A DNA stretch of 64,000 bases from Octopus bimaculoides (GCF_001194135.2 NC_068983.1:109338931-109402930), one strand, 5' to 3'; shown: positions 38,601 to 52,530, counted from the stretch's first letter. Program-made: numbers and translations. Notes: generated from the sequence alone by a model not told the origin.

Positions 38601-39847
38601 AAGAGATCTTTTCTGCAGAATGTATTTAAAAACATTTTTTTCTTTCATGAATATTACAAAAAGGACATCCGTAGAATATGAAAACAAATTCTAAAAAGTT
38701 GTTTTGTGAGGAATACCAGTTTTATAAAAGAGAGACATTAAACTTAGTATAAAAAAAGATCATTTTATACAAAAGTATTATAAGAATTATAGATTATTAT
38801 AGGTATCATCTTCCAGCATTCTTATATGCATAGATATGTTTGAATTAGCTATTTTGAAAATTATTACAATTCTTGTGCAGTTATTATTCTCAATAAAAAT
38901 ACAACACACTATATATTATTTGACTCCCATATAAATAATCAATAGCATGTTTATTGTTAAAAAATAAGTAAAAAACATTGTTTTTTACTTGTTTTCATTT
39001 TTGTTGTATAATATTCAAGTGTTAGTGTTTAGTCACTTCTTGTCTCATGATAAACTACATTGATATTGCAGCTATTACCAGTGTCGTTACCATCACACCA
39101 CTTTTGCTGCTACCACTAGCTGCAAATATCTCCACCACTGGTATTAGCAATACCATCATAACATTTACAGTCCTTTACTTATTGAAAAAGAATTACCATT
39201 AAACATTATTCCAAGGCATACATTATTCCAGACCGACTTTGTCTTTGCATTTTTCTTTATGTTAGTAACTATGTATGCAGAACATATTGATTTCTTACAT
39301 AGGTATGTGACCTCACATGTATTTGAGTATGATAAATTGTAAGTTCTAATGCCGACACCTTTTCCAAAATTATTAGTTCTGTCAGTGAAGTACAAAAGCT
39401 TCCACTATGAATCAGAATTGGATCATGGACACTAATCATTGTATTCTAACCCCAACTTTAAATCGCTCACACATATGCAAAAAGTATTAAAACATTTTTA
39501 TTGTTTTCTTTGAAGATTATGATCAAAAGACGATTTGTCAAAAACTTTGTTGTACCAACGTAGATATTAAGGCAACAAACATACAAAAGTTTGGTAGTAA
39601 AGGCAAAAAAGTCACTTCAATAAAATTTAAGAAAAAGGAATAATTTGTGCTGTTTTCTTTGTTGGAGAAATTATGTGTTGGAAGGGAAAGATAAAGAAAA
39701 AAATGACCCAAATGCATAGTGATAGAAGGCTACAGAAACACAGATCATAGAGAGAGGGAGAGACAGAAAGCAAGAGATAAGGCATACAAAGAAGAAAGTA
39801 CTGTGTGAAAAGAATTAAGAGAGGCTACAGAATTATTTAGTGCCTTT

Positions 39848-39849
<2 letters not shown>

Positions 39850-39882
<33 letters not shown>

Positions 39883-39934
39883 CGTGTGCGCGCGTGTGTG
39901 TGTGCGTGTGTGCGTGTGTGTGTGTGTGTGTGCG

Positions 39935-39965
<31 letters not shown>
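39850..39965. repeat. (GT)n/(GC) microsatellite
   Basis: Direct reading. Confidence 0.95.
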
Positions 39966-40109
39966 AAGATATGGCTCATACACTAGAAAATAAAGAGAAA
40001 AATTACATGCTATTTTGTATTGTGGAATAAGCTTATCAATAAATATGAAAAGACTGAAGTGTTGCATTAACCTAAACCTGGAATACAAACCACTGAGCAT
40101 TATAATTGT

Positions 40110-40740
40110 TAATCAGTTTCTAAGTGCAATGAAAATGTTTGCTTATTTGGGCAATATGCTTTCACCAACAGCTTGGATGAAGAGGTAGATCACAGTATGC
40201 ACCAGTTGGCTGCAGTTACTTTCAGAAGCTGAATGACTGATTGTGGAAACAATATAGCACAAAATTGTTAAAACTGTTAGCAAATTTTACTGAGTAGCAG
40301 TACTATCCTTCCTTTTCTATTTTTGTTGCATTTTATAGACTGAATTGAATGCATATCAATAACTTATGAGATGCCAGTTGTACCAGCAATGATCTATTCT
40401 TTAATGAACATTTTTTGGTAAGACCACATTTCCAACTTGGAGGTCCTAAGCAAGCTGATATGCTAAATATTGAGTCCATTCAGCTCAAACCACAGCTGTG
40501 CTGGATGTGATATGTGATCTGCATGGAGGATACTAGGACAGCGAAGGTTGGTCTCTACAGTAAGCTGAAATATGGAAGCCATCAAAGAAGAGTGCCAAAC
40601 CACTTCTGTCACAAGAACCTCATGAAATACACACCAATAAAAAAGATAACCTGACTGTGACTATATGGGAGAAAACAGTAAGTGAATCCAATAAATAGCA
40701 GAGACTTAAAGGAAAAGAGTAAATGTTTCAGAGTCAAATT
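40110..40740 (+). mobile_element. Old RTE LINE fragment
   Basis: Decayed F.YLG..LS...LDEEV, QL.W..V..MED.R..K..LY..L..G motifs on the + strand. Confidence 0.55.
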
Positions 40741-41033
40741 GGTTGGAACAACAGAAACAAAGCAAAGTTATAGCAAAATCTGCTACACCAAGATTACCTG
40801 CAGTATTCTGCTACACCTGCAGTCAAGGTTATGCCTACACTCTGATAACCTTCCTTCATATAAAAAAATTGAAAAGAATCTCATTACACAATTACGAGTG
40901 ACAAACAAAAAAAGAAGAAAAGACTTTATGCATGCAATACACACACAAACACACATACTCACACACACGCACACACACACACACATTCACTTGTTTTCAT
41001 CTTTTGTTTTTCTATAAATTTCATCTATATGTA

Positions 41034-41077
<44 letters not shown>

Positions 41078-41657
41078 NNNNNNNNNNNNNNNNNNNNNNN
41101 NNNNNNNNNNNNNNNNNNNNNNNNNNNNNNNNNNNNNNNNNNNNNNNNNNNNNNNNNNNNNNNNNNNNNNNNNNNNNNNNNNNNNNNNNNNNNNNNNNNN
41201 NNNNNNNNNNNNNNNNNNNNNNNNNNNNNNNNNNNNNNNNNNNNNNNNNNNNNNNNNNNNNNNNNNNNNNNNNNNNNNNNNNNNNNNNNNNNNNNNNNNN
41301 NNNNNNNNNNNNNNNNNNNNNNNNNNNNNNNNNNNNNNNNNNNNNNNNNNNNNNNNNNNNNNNNNNNNNNNNNNNNNNNNNNNNNNNNNNNNNNNNNNNN
41401 NNNNNNNNNNNNNNNNNNNNNNNNNNNNNNNNNNNNNNNNNNNNNNNNNNNNNNNNNNNNNNNNNNNNNNNNNNNNNNNNNNNNNNNNNNNNNNNNNNNN
41501 NNNNNNNNNNNNNNNNNNNNNNNNNNNNNNNNNNNNNNNNNNNNNNNNNNNNNNNNNNNNNNNNNNNNNNNNNNNNNNNNNNNNNNNNNNNNNNNNNNNN
41601 NNNNNNNNNNNNNNNNNNNNNNNNNNNNNNNNTATATGTGTGTGTATGTGTGTGTGT

Positions 41658-41694
<37 letters not shown>

Positions 41695-41699
41695 AGGTA

Positions 41700-42285
41700 T
41701 GGGTCCTTGAACGCTTTCAACAGAGATGTCTCAGACATTCGCAATGTTGGCTGGACCTCAAAAATTCCAGACACACACGTCCTGAGGACAGCTGATATCT
41801 TGAGTATTGAGGCAATGGTGCACAAGCACCGGTTACGTTGGACTGGACACCTTATTAGAATGAAGGATGGCAGGATTCCCAAGCAGATGCTCTATGGAGA
41901 ACTTGTGAATGGAAAGAGACTCCGGCAGAAACCAAAGCTGCGATTTAAGGACTGTGTCAAGTCCTCATTAAAGGCCTGTGATATGCAGGACACAGACTGG
42001 GAGAACAATGCCTGTCATCACCACAGATGGAGGAAGCAAGTTAAGGAGGGGATCGACACTTTTGAGAGCACGAATCCAGCATGAAGAACTGAAGTGAGCT
42101 GCGCGAAAGCGGACGGCTCGTATAGTGAATGGGGAAAGCTTAATCTGCAATGTTTGCAGTTGTGTATGCTTGTCAAGTGCAGGGCTCATTAGCCACCAAT
42201 GGAGCCACAAATGCAAAATATAAGTTAGTCCTAGAGTGCACAATGTTCTTGAAGGTCAGCAACGGTCTTCCTCGGTCACGAGTGG
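41700..42285 (+). mobile_element. RTE (BovB-like) LINE 3' fragment
   Basis: RLRWTGHLIRMKDGRIPKQMLYGELVNGKRLRQKPKLRFKDCVK followed by a C..C..H zinc-knuckle-like remnant. Ends at an N gap. Confidence 0.9.
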
Positions 42286-42540
42286 NNNNNNNNNNNNNNN
42301 NNNNNNNNNNNNNNNNNNNNNNNNNNNNNNNNNNNNNNNNNNNNNNNNNNNNNNNNNNNNNNNNNNNNNNNNNNNNNNNNNNNNNNNNNNNNNNNNNNNN
42401 NNNNNNNNNNNNNNNNNNNNNNNNNNNNNNNNNNNNNNNNNNNNNNNNNNNNNNNNNNNNNNNNNNNNNNNNNNNNNNNNNNNNNNNNNNNNNNNNNNNN
42501 NNATATATACATATATATATATATATACATATATATACAT

Positions 42541-42948
42541 ATCATCATCATCATCATCATCATCGTTTAATATCTGCTTTCCATGCTAGCAAGGGTTGGA
42601 CGATTTGACTGAGGACTGGTGAACCAGATGGCTGCACCAGGCTCCAATCTGATCTGGCAAAGTTTCTACAGCTGAATGCCCTTCCTAATGCCAACCACTT
42701 CGCGAGTATAGTGGGCGATTTTACGTGCCACCTGCACAGGAGCCAGTCCAGCGGCACTGGCAACAACCTCGCTTGAATGTTGTTTTTCACATGCCACCGG
42801 CACAAGTGCCAGTAAGGCAACGCTGGTAATGATCACGCTCAAATGGTGCTTTTTACGTGTCCCCAGCATGGAAGCCAGACAGCTACTCTTGCAATGATCA
42901 CGCTCAGATGGTACTCTTAGCACTCCACTGGCACGGGTGCCAGTCATC
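42541..42948 (-). mobile_element. RTE 3'-UTR repeat copy
   Basis: (CAT)n tail, core and multiple modules in reverse orientation. Very similar to 46955-47467. Confidence 0.88.
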
Positions 42949-43039
42949 AAATTATATATATATAATGGACTCTCCCATTGTTAGATGACATATGAGGTTT
43001 CTGCAATTTCTTGTTAAAAGGCCATACAGATGATTTGTT

Positions 43040-43245
43040 TATAGCAATCAAATGTTTGTGTTCACATAAGCTCACTTCCTCCATCAAATCGACATTTGCA
43101 TGATGTGCCACATGTCAGATAATGAAATGATTGCATTGAAATATGAATTGAAGTGTTTTGCTCAAGAACACAACTCCTGATCTGGGAATCGAAACCATGA
43201 TCTTGCTATCTTGAGTGCCCCATGCTAACCATTAAGCCTTGCCCC
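43040..43245 (-). mobile_element. Related tRNA-headed SINE (older)
   Basis: gggaatcgaaaccatgatc B-box remnant and gtgttttgctcaagaacac motif in reverse. Confidence 0.65.
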
Positions 43246-46200
43246 TTCACACACACACACACAGAAGTGTATATATGTACATACGTACATATGCATGTAT
43301 GTATGCATGTCCATATGTATATATACACATAGATATATACCACAAACCTAAGTGTAAGATTATACACACATGTACAGATACACAAATATGCATATCATAC
43401 ATACAATAACACATACACTCATATACATACACATGTGTTTCTGCCTACATTTGCATTTATGTACACATACATATACATGTATACATACATGCACCCGATG
43501 AATGTGGTATACACGTGAAAAGAATGTGAGAAAGAAAATCAGATGGAAAAACATTAAATTCAGAAAAAGCGACACATGAAAGATTACAAGAGCCATCTGG
43601 TGGAAAGTTACATTGTACCATGCAAAAATGTAGGCAAAATATGTTGGTTTGTATTTATAAAACCCAAAATATAAACCTGTTTATATGCAAACAGAAATAA
43701 AGTCAGGTATGAATGGTGTCTAGAGGGAGATCATTGAAGCATTTGTTATTGGACTGGTTAGAAATAAGAGATATTTGTTAAAGAGACCATATACACTTTC
43801 ATCTTTTTTGAAGGAGAGGTAAAAAAGAAGTAATCATTTGGTATGAATACAGAAAGTATAAGCTGCAGAATATAATAGTGTATTGTAATGAAATAGCTGC
43901 TAGGTGAAAAAGGATGAAAATGGAATTCTGTTCACTGGTATATGCATGTGAGACATGTAGACTGGTTAAGCTGTTAACTTGAACTCAGCAGGGAACAGAA
44001 TCAATGTTTAATTTAATATAACTATCCTCATCTCTACAAAAATCAGTTTAACCTCTTGTGAAGTCAAGGAAAAAAGAACAGTGTATTGATGTATGTTGAG
44101 CAAGAAGAAAAACACTTCTTGTAATACAAAGAGTTGAAAAGGAGGATAGTATTTAAAGTAACAAAGCTGTTAAGGAAGGTGATAAAAAAGATGAGAGATA
44201 GAGGAAGTGTGTTCCCATACTGAACGAAAATTATTGTCAAAGGCAATAGAGACAAATAAGTTCAATCCTGGTAAAGAGCATTGTGCCAGTACACATTGGT
44301 GTAATTTCCATATATTTCAGTGATAGTCTTAGTGAACAATGCAACAATCTTGGCCTCAGTAAGGTGCCATCATGATTTCTAATACTCAATAATACACCTC
44401 TTGGTACACACTCCAAATATATTGATACACTTCGAACATACTTTTTATTTTATCTCTAAGGAAGAGTTTTGTCTAAAATACATCCTACTAAAACTAATTT
44501 AATAGTAAACAACATTGCTACAGGAATTAGACTGACAAATTAAATTTTATTGGCGAGAATACTTGTGAGAGAGACTAATTATGCAAAATAGTAATTTTCT
44601 CACTTTTTATTCTAAGTTTCATAAATATTTTGAGCAATTATTGCCAGCTAGAAATAGTATAAAGCTCTTTATTTTAATAATAAGCATGGGAACTGTATAT
44701 AATTGTAAAAAAAAGTCTACTGTTTTAGCATGGAATTAACATAGGATCTGAAAAATCAAATAAAACATAAGTCAATAGTTTATGTAGTATTGAATACTTT
44801 ACTTTTAATATTTCTGTAAGGAAACCAAAGAAAATTTATAAATGATATTTGTTTATGCTAATATTCCATAATTTTGCCAATGGAAAATAATGATTGAAAC
44901 AGTGGATACTTAAGAGATAAAATTATTTTATCTATATGGCTTCTTTATTTGCAATTGATGATTATCCTAGTTTTATAATGTATATTCTTATAATGTAGGA
45001 GTTAGGCAAGTTTACAATACTGTAATGTTAAATCTTTTACCATAATATCTTCAGGCATAATGTTCTTAGAAATGATCTAATCAGTCCCTATTCTTTCTTC
45101 CTAGGTTTACCTGTACCATGGATACCACTCACGATTGCAATAATTTTGCCATATTAGATGGTGTCTTTGTGAAGATTTAGTTGTACATCCCTGCTCTTAT
45201 AGTTCATTAAATTTATTATGATGAGACTGTGCAATTTATGTTAGAGAAGTTTTTATTCCTTGAAATACTGATATGAATTATTTCTATGGATATCAACATA
45301 TAATATTTCAACTTTCTCATTTACATTTTATAATAAAAAGAAATGCAGTGAAGTTGAATTTCATTTCTTAATTTGATAAATTTTTTTATAAGACAGGAAG
45401 GTGAATGAATGAAATTCAAATTCACCATGCTATTTTTGAATAGGAGTACAATAGGAAAATGTACGATTATTATATGTAAAACATATTTAAAATTAGACAT
45501 ACTGTTTTTCAGTGAAGTCCTTTCAAACATTATAACAGTTTAACATGTTGCTGTAATAGGATACCATTAAAATTTTCATGTAAAATACTATTTTGCTTTA
45601 TTCTTACTCTTATAATATTAAAAACAAGTGATGTATTGCTCTAATTATAAACTCACATGACTTTAATATTGTTAAACTCTTGTTTGCAATGCATAATTTA
45701 TAGATTAAGTTTTCAAAATGTAATCATTTAATTATCAAGTGCTGCTTCATAAATAAAAAAAAGCAATGGTCTATTGATTAATGAAGAATTTAAATATCCT
45801 TATTACACCATTATAAAACATTTATGCAATATTGTATAAATTATATTATATATTTCATTTTCAAATGGGACCTTCCTCAGAATACTATGATATAACCAAA
45901 ATCTTGAAATACAGTCATTTCTTTATTTGAATACAATACTATTGAATTTTAAACAAATTCAAAGGACAAAAAAATATATCAACAAGTATAAATCACTTGC
46001 AAAAATTGTCATTAGCAAATTCCAACTCATTTCATACATTACGCTATATGTAGGATTTATCATTCAAACAATATCATATAAAAGCTTTCAGAAAAAAACT
46101 TTTGTTATACATCATAACTTTTGCATACAACACTTTTTAAGAGTTTCCTTGTATAATTTTCTTCACTAGGTTTTTCCTAATTCTTTCATTCCTATCAAAT

Positions 46201-46684
46201 TTGTTCAAGTATTCTCAGAAAATCTACATCTTTCTATTTTCTCACTTGTTTTTGACTCCTATCAAACCAAACATGTTAATATGTTTATTACTCTTGCCAT
46301 TCTGAAAACTTACCAAGATCTGAATATTATTTCAAGCTATCGATAATATGGCATACATTTGCCAAAGGTGGTCTCAAAACTGACACTTATGAATTTCAAA
46401 ATAATGGAAATGATATTTATACCTTTGCGTAAAAAGATATTGATAAAAGTTTTTATTTTTTATTTTGGGACATAACAACTTTAACAGGCTTTTTAGATCA
46501 TAGCAATTAATTCCACAAAGAAATAATGTTATCAAGATGTCGCATTATTATTCCCAAAGCGCCTAAACCAACAAGTACATTGAAATAGAACTTTTTAAGG
46601 GTCAACAAAAGAGTTTCTATGGATTCGCTTCAAAGTCTTGAACTAATAGCAAAATCTTCCTTAAATTACACCTTACTTAAATAA

Positions 46685-46900
46685 TAGTTTCAAATTTTGC
46701 CACAAGGGCAGCAATTTTGGGAGAGGGGATGAGTCAATTACATCGACCTCAGTTTTCCACTGGTACTTATTTTATCGACCGCAAATGGGATGAAAGGCAA
46801 GGTCAACCTTGGTGGAATTTGAACTCAGAATGTAGCGACAGACGAAATACCACTAAGGATTTCACCTGGCATGCTAACGATTCCACCCGCTCACCACCTT
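46685..46900 (-). mobile_element. SINE family A variant
   Basis: ggtacttattttatcgacc...ggatgaaaggcaaggtcaacc...gaatttgaactcagaa in reverse. Confidence 0.82.
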
Positions 46901-46954
46901 ACCTTACTTAAATAATAGAAAGACTCTTGGGTAATATAATCCTAATCCTAATAT

Positions 46955-47467
46955 ATATATTGGGGTAAGTGAAATCGAAATTGAACCAAATTTGATGACT
47001 GGCACCCATGCCAGTGGAGTGCTAACAGCACCTGGTACATCCAAGCGGGATCATTGCTAGAGCAGCTGTCTGGCTTCCATACCGGTGGCACGTAAATAGC
47101 ACCAGTTGAGCGTGTTCATTACCAGTGTCGCCTTACTGGCACTTGTGCCGGTGGCACATGAAAAAACATTCGAGTGAGGTCATTGCCAGTTCCGCTGGAC
47201 AGGCTCCTATGCAGGTGGCACATAAAAACCACCATTTGAGCATGGCCATTGCTAGTAGTGCCTGACTAGCCCACGTGCCGGTGGCACGTAAAAGCACCCT
47301 CTACACTCTTGGAGTGGTTGACATTAGGAAGGGCATCCAGCTGTAGAAATTCAGCCAGATCAGATTGGAGCCTGGTGCAGCCATCTGGTTCACCAGTCCT
47401 CAGTCAAATCGTCCAACCACCTCGCTAGCATGGAAAGCGGATGTTAAATGATGATGATGATGATGAT
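46955..47467 (+). mobile_element. RTE 3'-UTR repeat copy
   Basis: Modules, core and (GAT)n tail. Confidence 0.88.
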
Positions 47468-48471
47468 ATATATATATATTTGTGCATGTTTGTGTGTATG
47501 TATTCGACTGGTTCTTCGTTATGGTTTTTAAAAAGGGATAATTTCTAATTAGGCTTTGTATTGGTGAAATAGTGTGTTAAAAGGCTCTATGGTGTACAAA
47601 TATTCCATGGAAAGAAAATAATTTTTGTGTCAGTAAGATAAACTTTATAACAATCAGGTCTTCAGGGATGCCCAATATAATCCAAATTATTTTGAAACTC
47701 TTTGTTTATTCCAAGCAAATATCTTATAAAAATTCCCTTAATACACATTTTGTGTTTTTGTATTAGTACAAAATGACAACATTTTGATTTAATTAAATGT
47801 ATCATTTTATTTTTAAAAGCAACCCATTTGGTTTCTTTTACTATTACTAGTTGATTTCTGTTTGTTATTATTAGTTTATTTATATTAATTCAATATAATT
47901 TAATTATTTTTCGTTTTCATTAATATGTAATGATAATTTATTCTACATTTCATAATTATAAACTTACACTCCAATCATATAACGAAGTTAAATTAAAGAC
48001 ATAAAATACATAAATATATAAAGAAAATATAAACAAAGAAAATTTATTTCATAGCAAGCATCATAGAGCTACAACACTTTCTTTCTATTTATTGATAGGA
48101 GACAAATGTACCAATACAAATTACATTGCATTTAAAATTAAACATTTTAAAATTATAATTGAAGAAATTTTACTCATGTGCATTTTTCTTCTCTTTCAGA
48201 AACAAATAGTTTGAAATACATTCTTAGTCATCAGAGGAAGTTTAATTCAATTCATTAGAGGCAATGGGTTTTAAACTCATTCCACTTGCACTTCTAAACA
48301 ACAATTTAAAAATGCATATCAAAATAATTTTATTTTAATGTGAAAATTAAGCATCAGTTATCAGTTATAATTTTCAAATATAAACTTAGACTCCAAAGTG
48401 AAGATTTGATACAAGTAGGTTTAAATTAAAAATTGTTACATTTTCACAAAAAACATTTTAGAGATACTTAC

Positions 48472-48630
48472 CGCAGATCCAACTGTGACTTGTAATAATA
48501 AAGAATCATTTTTCTTTATTAAGCGGTGCTCCAGATGAGGAACCCTTGATCGAGGTTGGTCTGAGGATGTAGCCAGATCAAAAACAATTTCACGGCTGTA
48601 GGACTGTTTTTCTCTTATGATAAGTTTTGT
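48472..48630 (-). CDS. Candidate internal coding exon of an unidentified host gene (TKLIIREKQSYSREIVFDLATSSDQPRSRVPHLEHRLIKKNDSLLLQVTVGSA)
   Basis: Minus-strand acceptor ...tctattacAG and donor GCG|GTAAGT bound 159 nt (53 codons, phase 0-0). Only one frame is open, it lies in non-repetitive sequence, and GC is higher than the flanks. Protein family not recognised. Confidence 0.6.
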
Positions 48631-48789
48631 CTGTAATAGATTTCATTTCATAAATATAAGGATGAGCAAAATATTTTGGATAATGATAAAACTGTAGCAT
48701 TTTTATTCAAATAAGAATCGCTAGAGATTAATTAAATCTATTTGTTTCAATTTTTTCAATCAATAAACCACTCTATTATGGTCTGTGCC

Positions 48790-49250
48790 AGAGAACACTT
48801 TCTAACTCACATTTTATCAACTCTGTTGTCCTTTAACATCTAATACCTTTCCTCCGATAAATCAACGACCTACATATTGTCATCTCCAACAGCCACTTTC
48901 ACAGAAATAATACAACCCTTCATTCTGTAATCTTCCACACCTAAGTGTCATCCATATACGAACTGGATGGCTCATCCAAACCTGCACTGACTCAAAAACA
49001 TGCCCCTATGGGATTGTGCCAAATTTATTTCCTTCAAACCAAAACAAAAAAAAGTACACAGTCACTGTACAAAAAAAAAAAAAATCATCATTGCACTTAA
49101 CACCTCTTCCTCACCATTTAGATAAGAGCAGCATGCAAATTGAGCCCTTGTAACAGTTCTAAACACTAGGTCCCAGTTACTGAGATATTCTAACACATTC
49201 CCATCTACCCATTGCAACAACTACTAATCCTTTACAGGGCTGAGGAGAAA
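48790..49250 (+). mobile_element. CR1/L2-like LINE RT remnant
   Basis: Decayed VL..L.FL..INDL...SN......TTLHS and W....LI.F..SK patterns. Confidence 0.4.
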
Positions 49251-49311
49251 GAGAATTGCAATAGAATATAGCTGCTGCATCTGGGAGTGCTGCTGCTGCC
49301 TTACATACATA

Positions 49312-50565
49312 CAGGGGTTGGACAAAATAATGGAAACACCTAGCATCATAATTTTGAAATATCTATAAAACCATCAAAAGCTTGTTTAGTTGTATGTTTT
49401 TTTTTTATTTATTATTAGTGTTGCTTAATATGTTTTGCTAAAATTACTGTTTCTTTTCAGATATCATCAGAAAAAGATAATTAAAATTTATTAAAATGAC
49501 AGATCTATCAGACTTTCAAAGGGGTCAAATTATTGGTGTTCATACGGCAGGCACTAGCATAATGAAAACAGCCGAAATATTTGCTATATCAAGAAGTACT
49601 GTCTCGAAAGTAATGACAGCCTTTGAGAAACAGGGAAAAAAACCTCCTCGTCGAAACAAAACTCCAGAAGAAAACTAAAGCTTTCAGATAGGGACTGTCA
49701 GACTCTTATGCGAATTGTTAGAAAGGAACACAGAAGTACAGCTCCCAAAATTACTGCAGAGCTTAATGACCACCTCGAGAACCCAGTTTCCACAAAAACT
49801 GTTTGCCAGGAGCTGCACAAAGCTGGATTTCATGGGAGAGCTGCAATCAGAAAACTACTACTTTCAAAAACAAATGTTGCGAAACATTTAGAGTGGAGTA
49901 AAAACCTACAGAATTGGTCCCTAGAGCAGTGGAAGAATGTTATTTTATTGGACGAGTCATCCTTTACATTATTTCTGACCACTGGCCAAGTATACATGTG
50001 GAGACAGCCAAAAGAAGCATTTGACCCAGACTACCTTCTTCCAACTGTTAAACATGGAGGAGGATCTGTGATGATCTGGGGGCTATATCTTGGAAATCTG
50101 CCAGCCCAATGGTTTCCCTTCATGGCAGAATTAATAGCCAAAACTATTTAAGCATTTTATCTGATCAAATTCATCCTATGTTTGTGGAACTGTTTCCGGA
50201 GGGAAACACAATCTTTCAGGATGACAATGCACCAATTCACACCACTAAAGTTGTTACTGAATGGCATGAGGAACGTTCCAGTAAAGTTGAACATCTTATC
50301 TGGTCACCACAGACCCCAGATCTCAATTTTATTGAACATTTATGGCGCATTTTAGAAAAACAAGTAAGGAGTCGATATCCTCCACCATCACCACGAGAAC
50401 TGGAGACTGTTTTAGCTGAAGAATGGACAAAAATTCCTTTGGAAACAATTCAAACTTTGTACGAGTTCATACCTCATAGAATTCAAGTAGTAATTACTGC
50501 TAAAGGCAGTCCTACCCCATATTAAAATAGATTTGTTTGAAATTTTAAGGTGTTTCCAACCCTTG
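49312..50565 (+). mobile_element. Tc1-superfamily transposon with DD36E transposase (49496-50525, two frameshifts)
   Basis: TA-flanked TIRs starting caggggttgg. LDESSF, FQDDNAPIH and WSPQTPDLNFIEHLW motifs, with 36 residues between the second D and E. No in-frame stops once the two homopolymer frameshifts are corrected. Confidence 0.93.
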
Positions 50566-50989
50566 TACATACATACGTACATTATTTAACGTACACAGTA
50601 TACAGTTACGAGCTACTGTGTACATTAAATAAAATTCATCTTTCACTGGGTGGAATACTTTTTTTGTAGATCATACTTTAATAGAAGAGTAAACTATATA
50701 TGTATATAAACTCAATCCAGAGAAAGGATACTTGAGAGATTGCCATGAAATCATTCCGAGTCATGCTCCAGATTCTAGCCTACAGCTGTATCATCTTTCT
50801 CTCTATTCTCTTTCTTGCTGACATTTCAACTATTATTCCAATGATTTCTGCTTCTTAGATCTAACTGATCTTGTACCACCTTCCTCCTGTCATTCTAAAC
50901 TCACACCTCTTCTTTTCTCATCACGCATATTATGTGCATCTTCCCCCACACCTTACATTAACTACTATTTCCAGTCAGTAGTGAAATCA

Positions 50990-51446
50990 TAGTCATGGCT
51001 GATGCTGGTGTCATGTTACTGGCACCCATGCCAGTGGCATGTAAAAAGCACCTTTTGTGTATTGGGTCTCACAGAGGCAATATGGTTGATGCTGGTGGCA
51101 TGTAAAAAGCACCTTTCAAACGTTGGGCTTCACAGAGGCAATAACAAATGACCAAGACCTTTGGCATTAGGTCACGCTTAAGAAGATGACCCATGAAGCC
51201 AAGAAAAATCATAGTCGTGGCAGACACCAGTGTCACACAACTAGCACCCATGCTGATGGCACATAAAATCACTCATTACACTCTCAGAATGGTTGGCATT
51301 AGGAAGGGCATTCAACCATAGAAACCATGCCAAATCAGATTGGAGTCTGGTGTAGCATCTCAGTTTGACAGCCCTGATCAAACCATCCAACCCATGCCAG
51401 CATGGTTACAAGACATTAAATGATGATGATGATGATGACGATGATG
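50990..51446 (+). mobile_element. RTE 3' end copy (older)
   Basis: ORF-end remnant gggcttcacagaggcaat...gacctttggc, core and (GAT)n tail. Confidence 0.8.
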
Positions 51447-52485
51447 ATTCCCCTCTAGAATTGGCCATCTGGAATCAACCTTGTGGAATTCTTTTTCTGC
51501 ACATATCTTTCCTGCACTCATTGACATGGGAAAAATTGTTGTCTTTGAATTGTTCCACTTGAATTTCTCCTGTCTCAGAGAGCACACAAAGGCCATAGGT
51601 AACCTCTTCTTCTTCCAAGTTTAACAAAATATAAAAAAAGATATCAAACGGCAACACAATCTAAAAATTTAATGGTTTAGATATTCTAAAATAAAATTAC
51701 TTGCTTTATTCTTTTACTTGTTTCAGTCATTAGACTGTGACCATGGTGGAGCTCCACCTAATGTTGAACAAATTTCTTAAACTTAATAGATGGTACTATT
51801 GATGTTTTATAAAGCAGATGTTAACACAATTCATTGTTATATGAATGTTCCACTAATCAGTATACATTACATACAAATTGCATGTGATATTTAGTTCTAT
51901 GTTATAGAAGAATAACTAAATATGGCTGAAGGCAAGTAAACAAGTGTATATAATACATGAGCTTAAATTGAGTTGATGCACAATACTTGAGAGAAAATTC
52001 TTAAGAGAAGAACTGTAAATAGTGTTAGGATAAGACAAAAATGTTACAGAATTGAAATGGGCCAATAAGTAAAGATTGCAGTAATAAGGGATTATCGATC
52101 AACTAGATATTATTCTTCTGGTTCTAGCAAGGTTATCTAACAATCAAAGGAAGGATGTCAACTTAGTTATGTGAAATGTACTCTATGGTGATGCCTCTTT
52201 CAGTAACAGCAATTGCTTAAAGCCATTTGTTCTATCATATTACAATAGTCTGTTATTCTGAAACAGCCAAATCAGTATCACCCTTACTGAAGGGTGAAAA
52301 GTTGTTAAAAACAGATCAAACAATAGATAATCCCTTGTGATTACTTTTTGTGAAAAGCCCACTCCACAAAAAAAAAAGATTGAGAGGAATATTCAGGATA
52401 TATGAAGTAAAAAGAATATGAGATAGATCTGTAAGTAAAAATAGCCACGTATGTGTATACATGTATGTATATGTAAACAAATATG

Positions 52486-52530
<45 letters not shown>

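Noticed and set aside
5072-45232. Several short plus-strand AG...GT segments with an open frame (about 5071-5138, 37189-37242, 38109-38161, 39263-39302, 44319-44358, 45105 onward) and minus-strand ones (10732-10814, 39299-39380, 45133-45190, 46314-46336)
   Set aside because: Pyrimidine tracts and short open frames are frequent by chance in this AT-rich DNA, no peptide was recognisable, and they conflict in strand. Needs RNA-seq.
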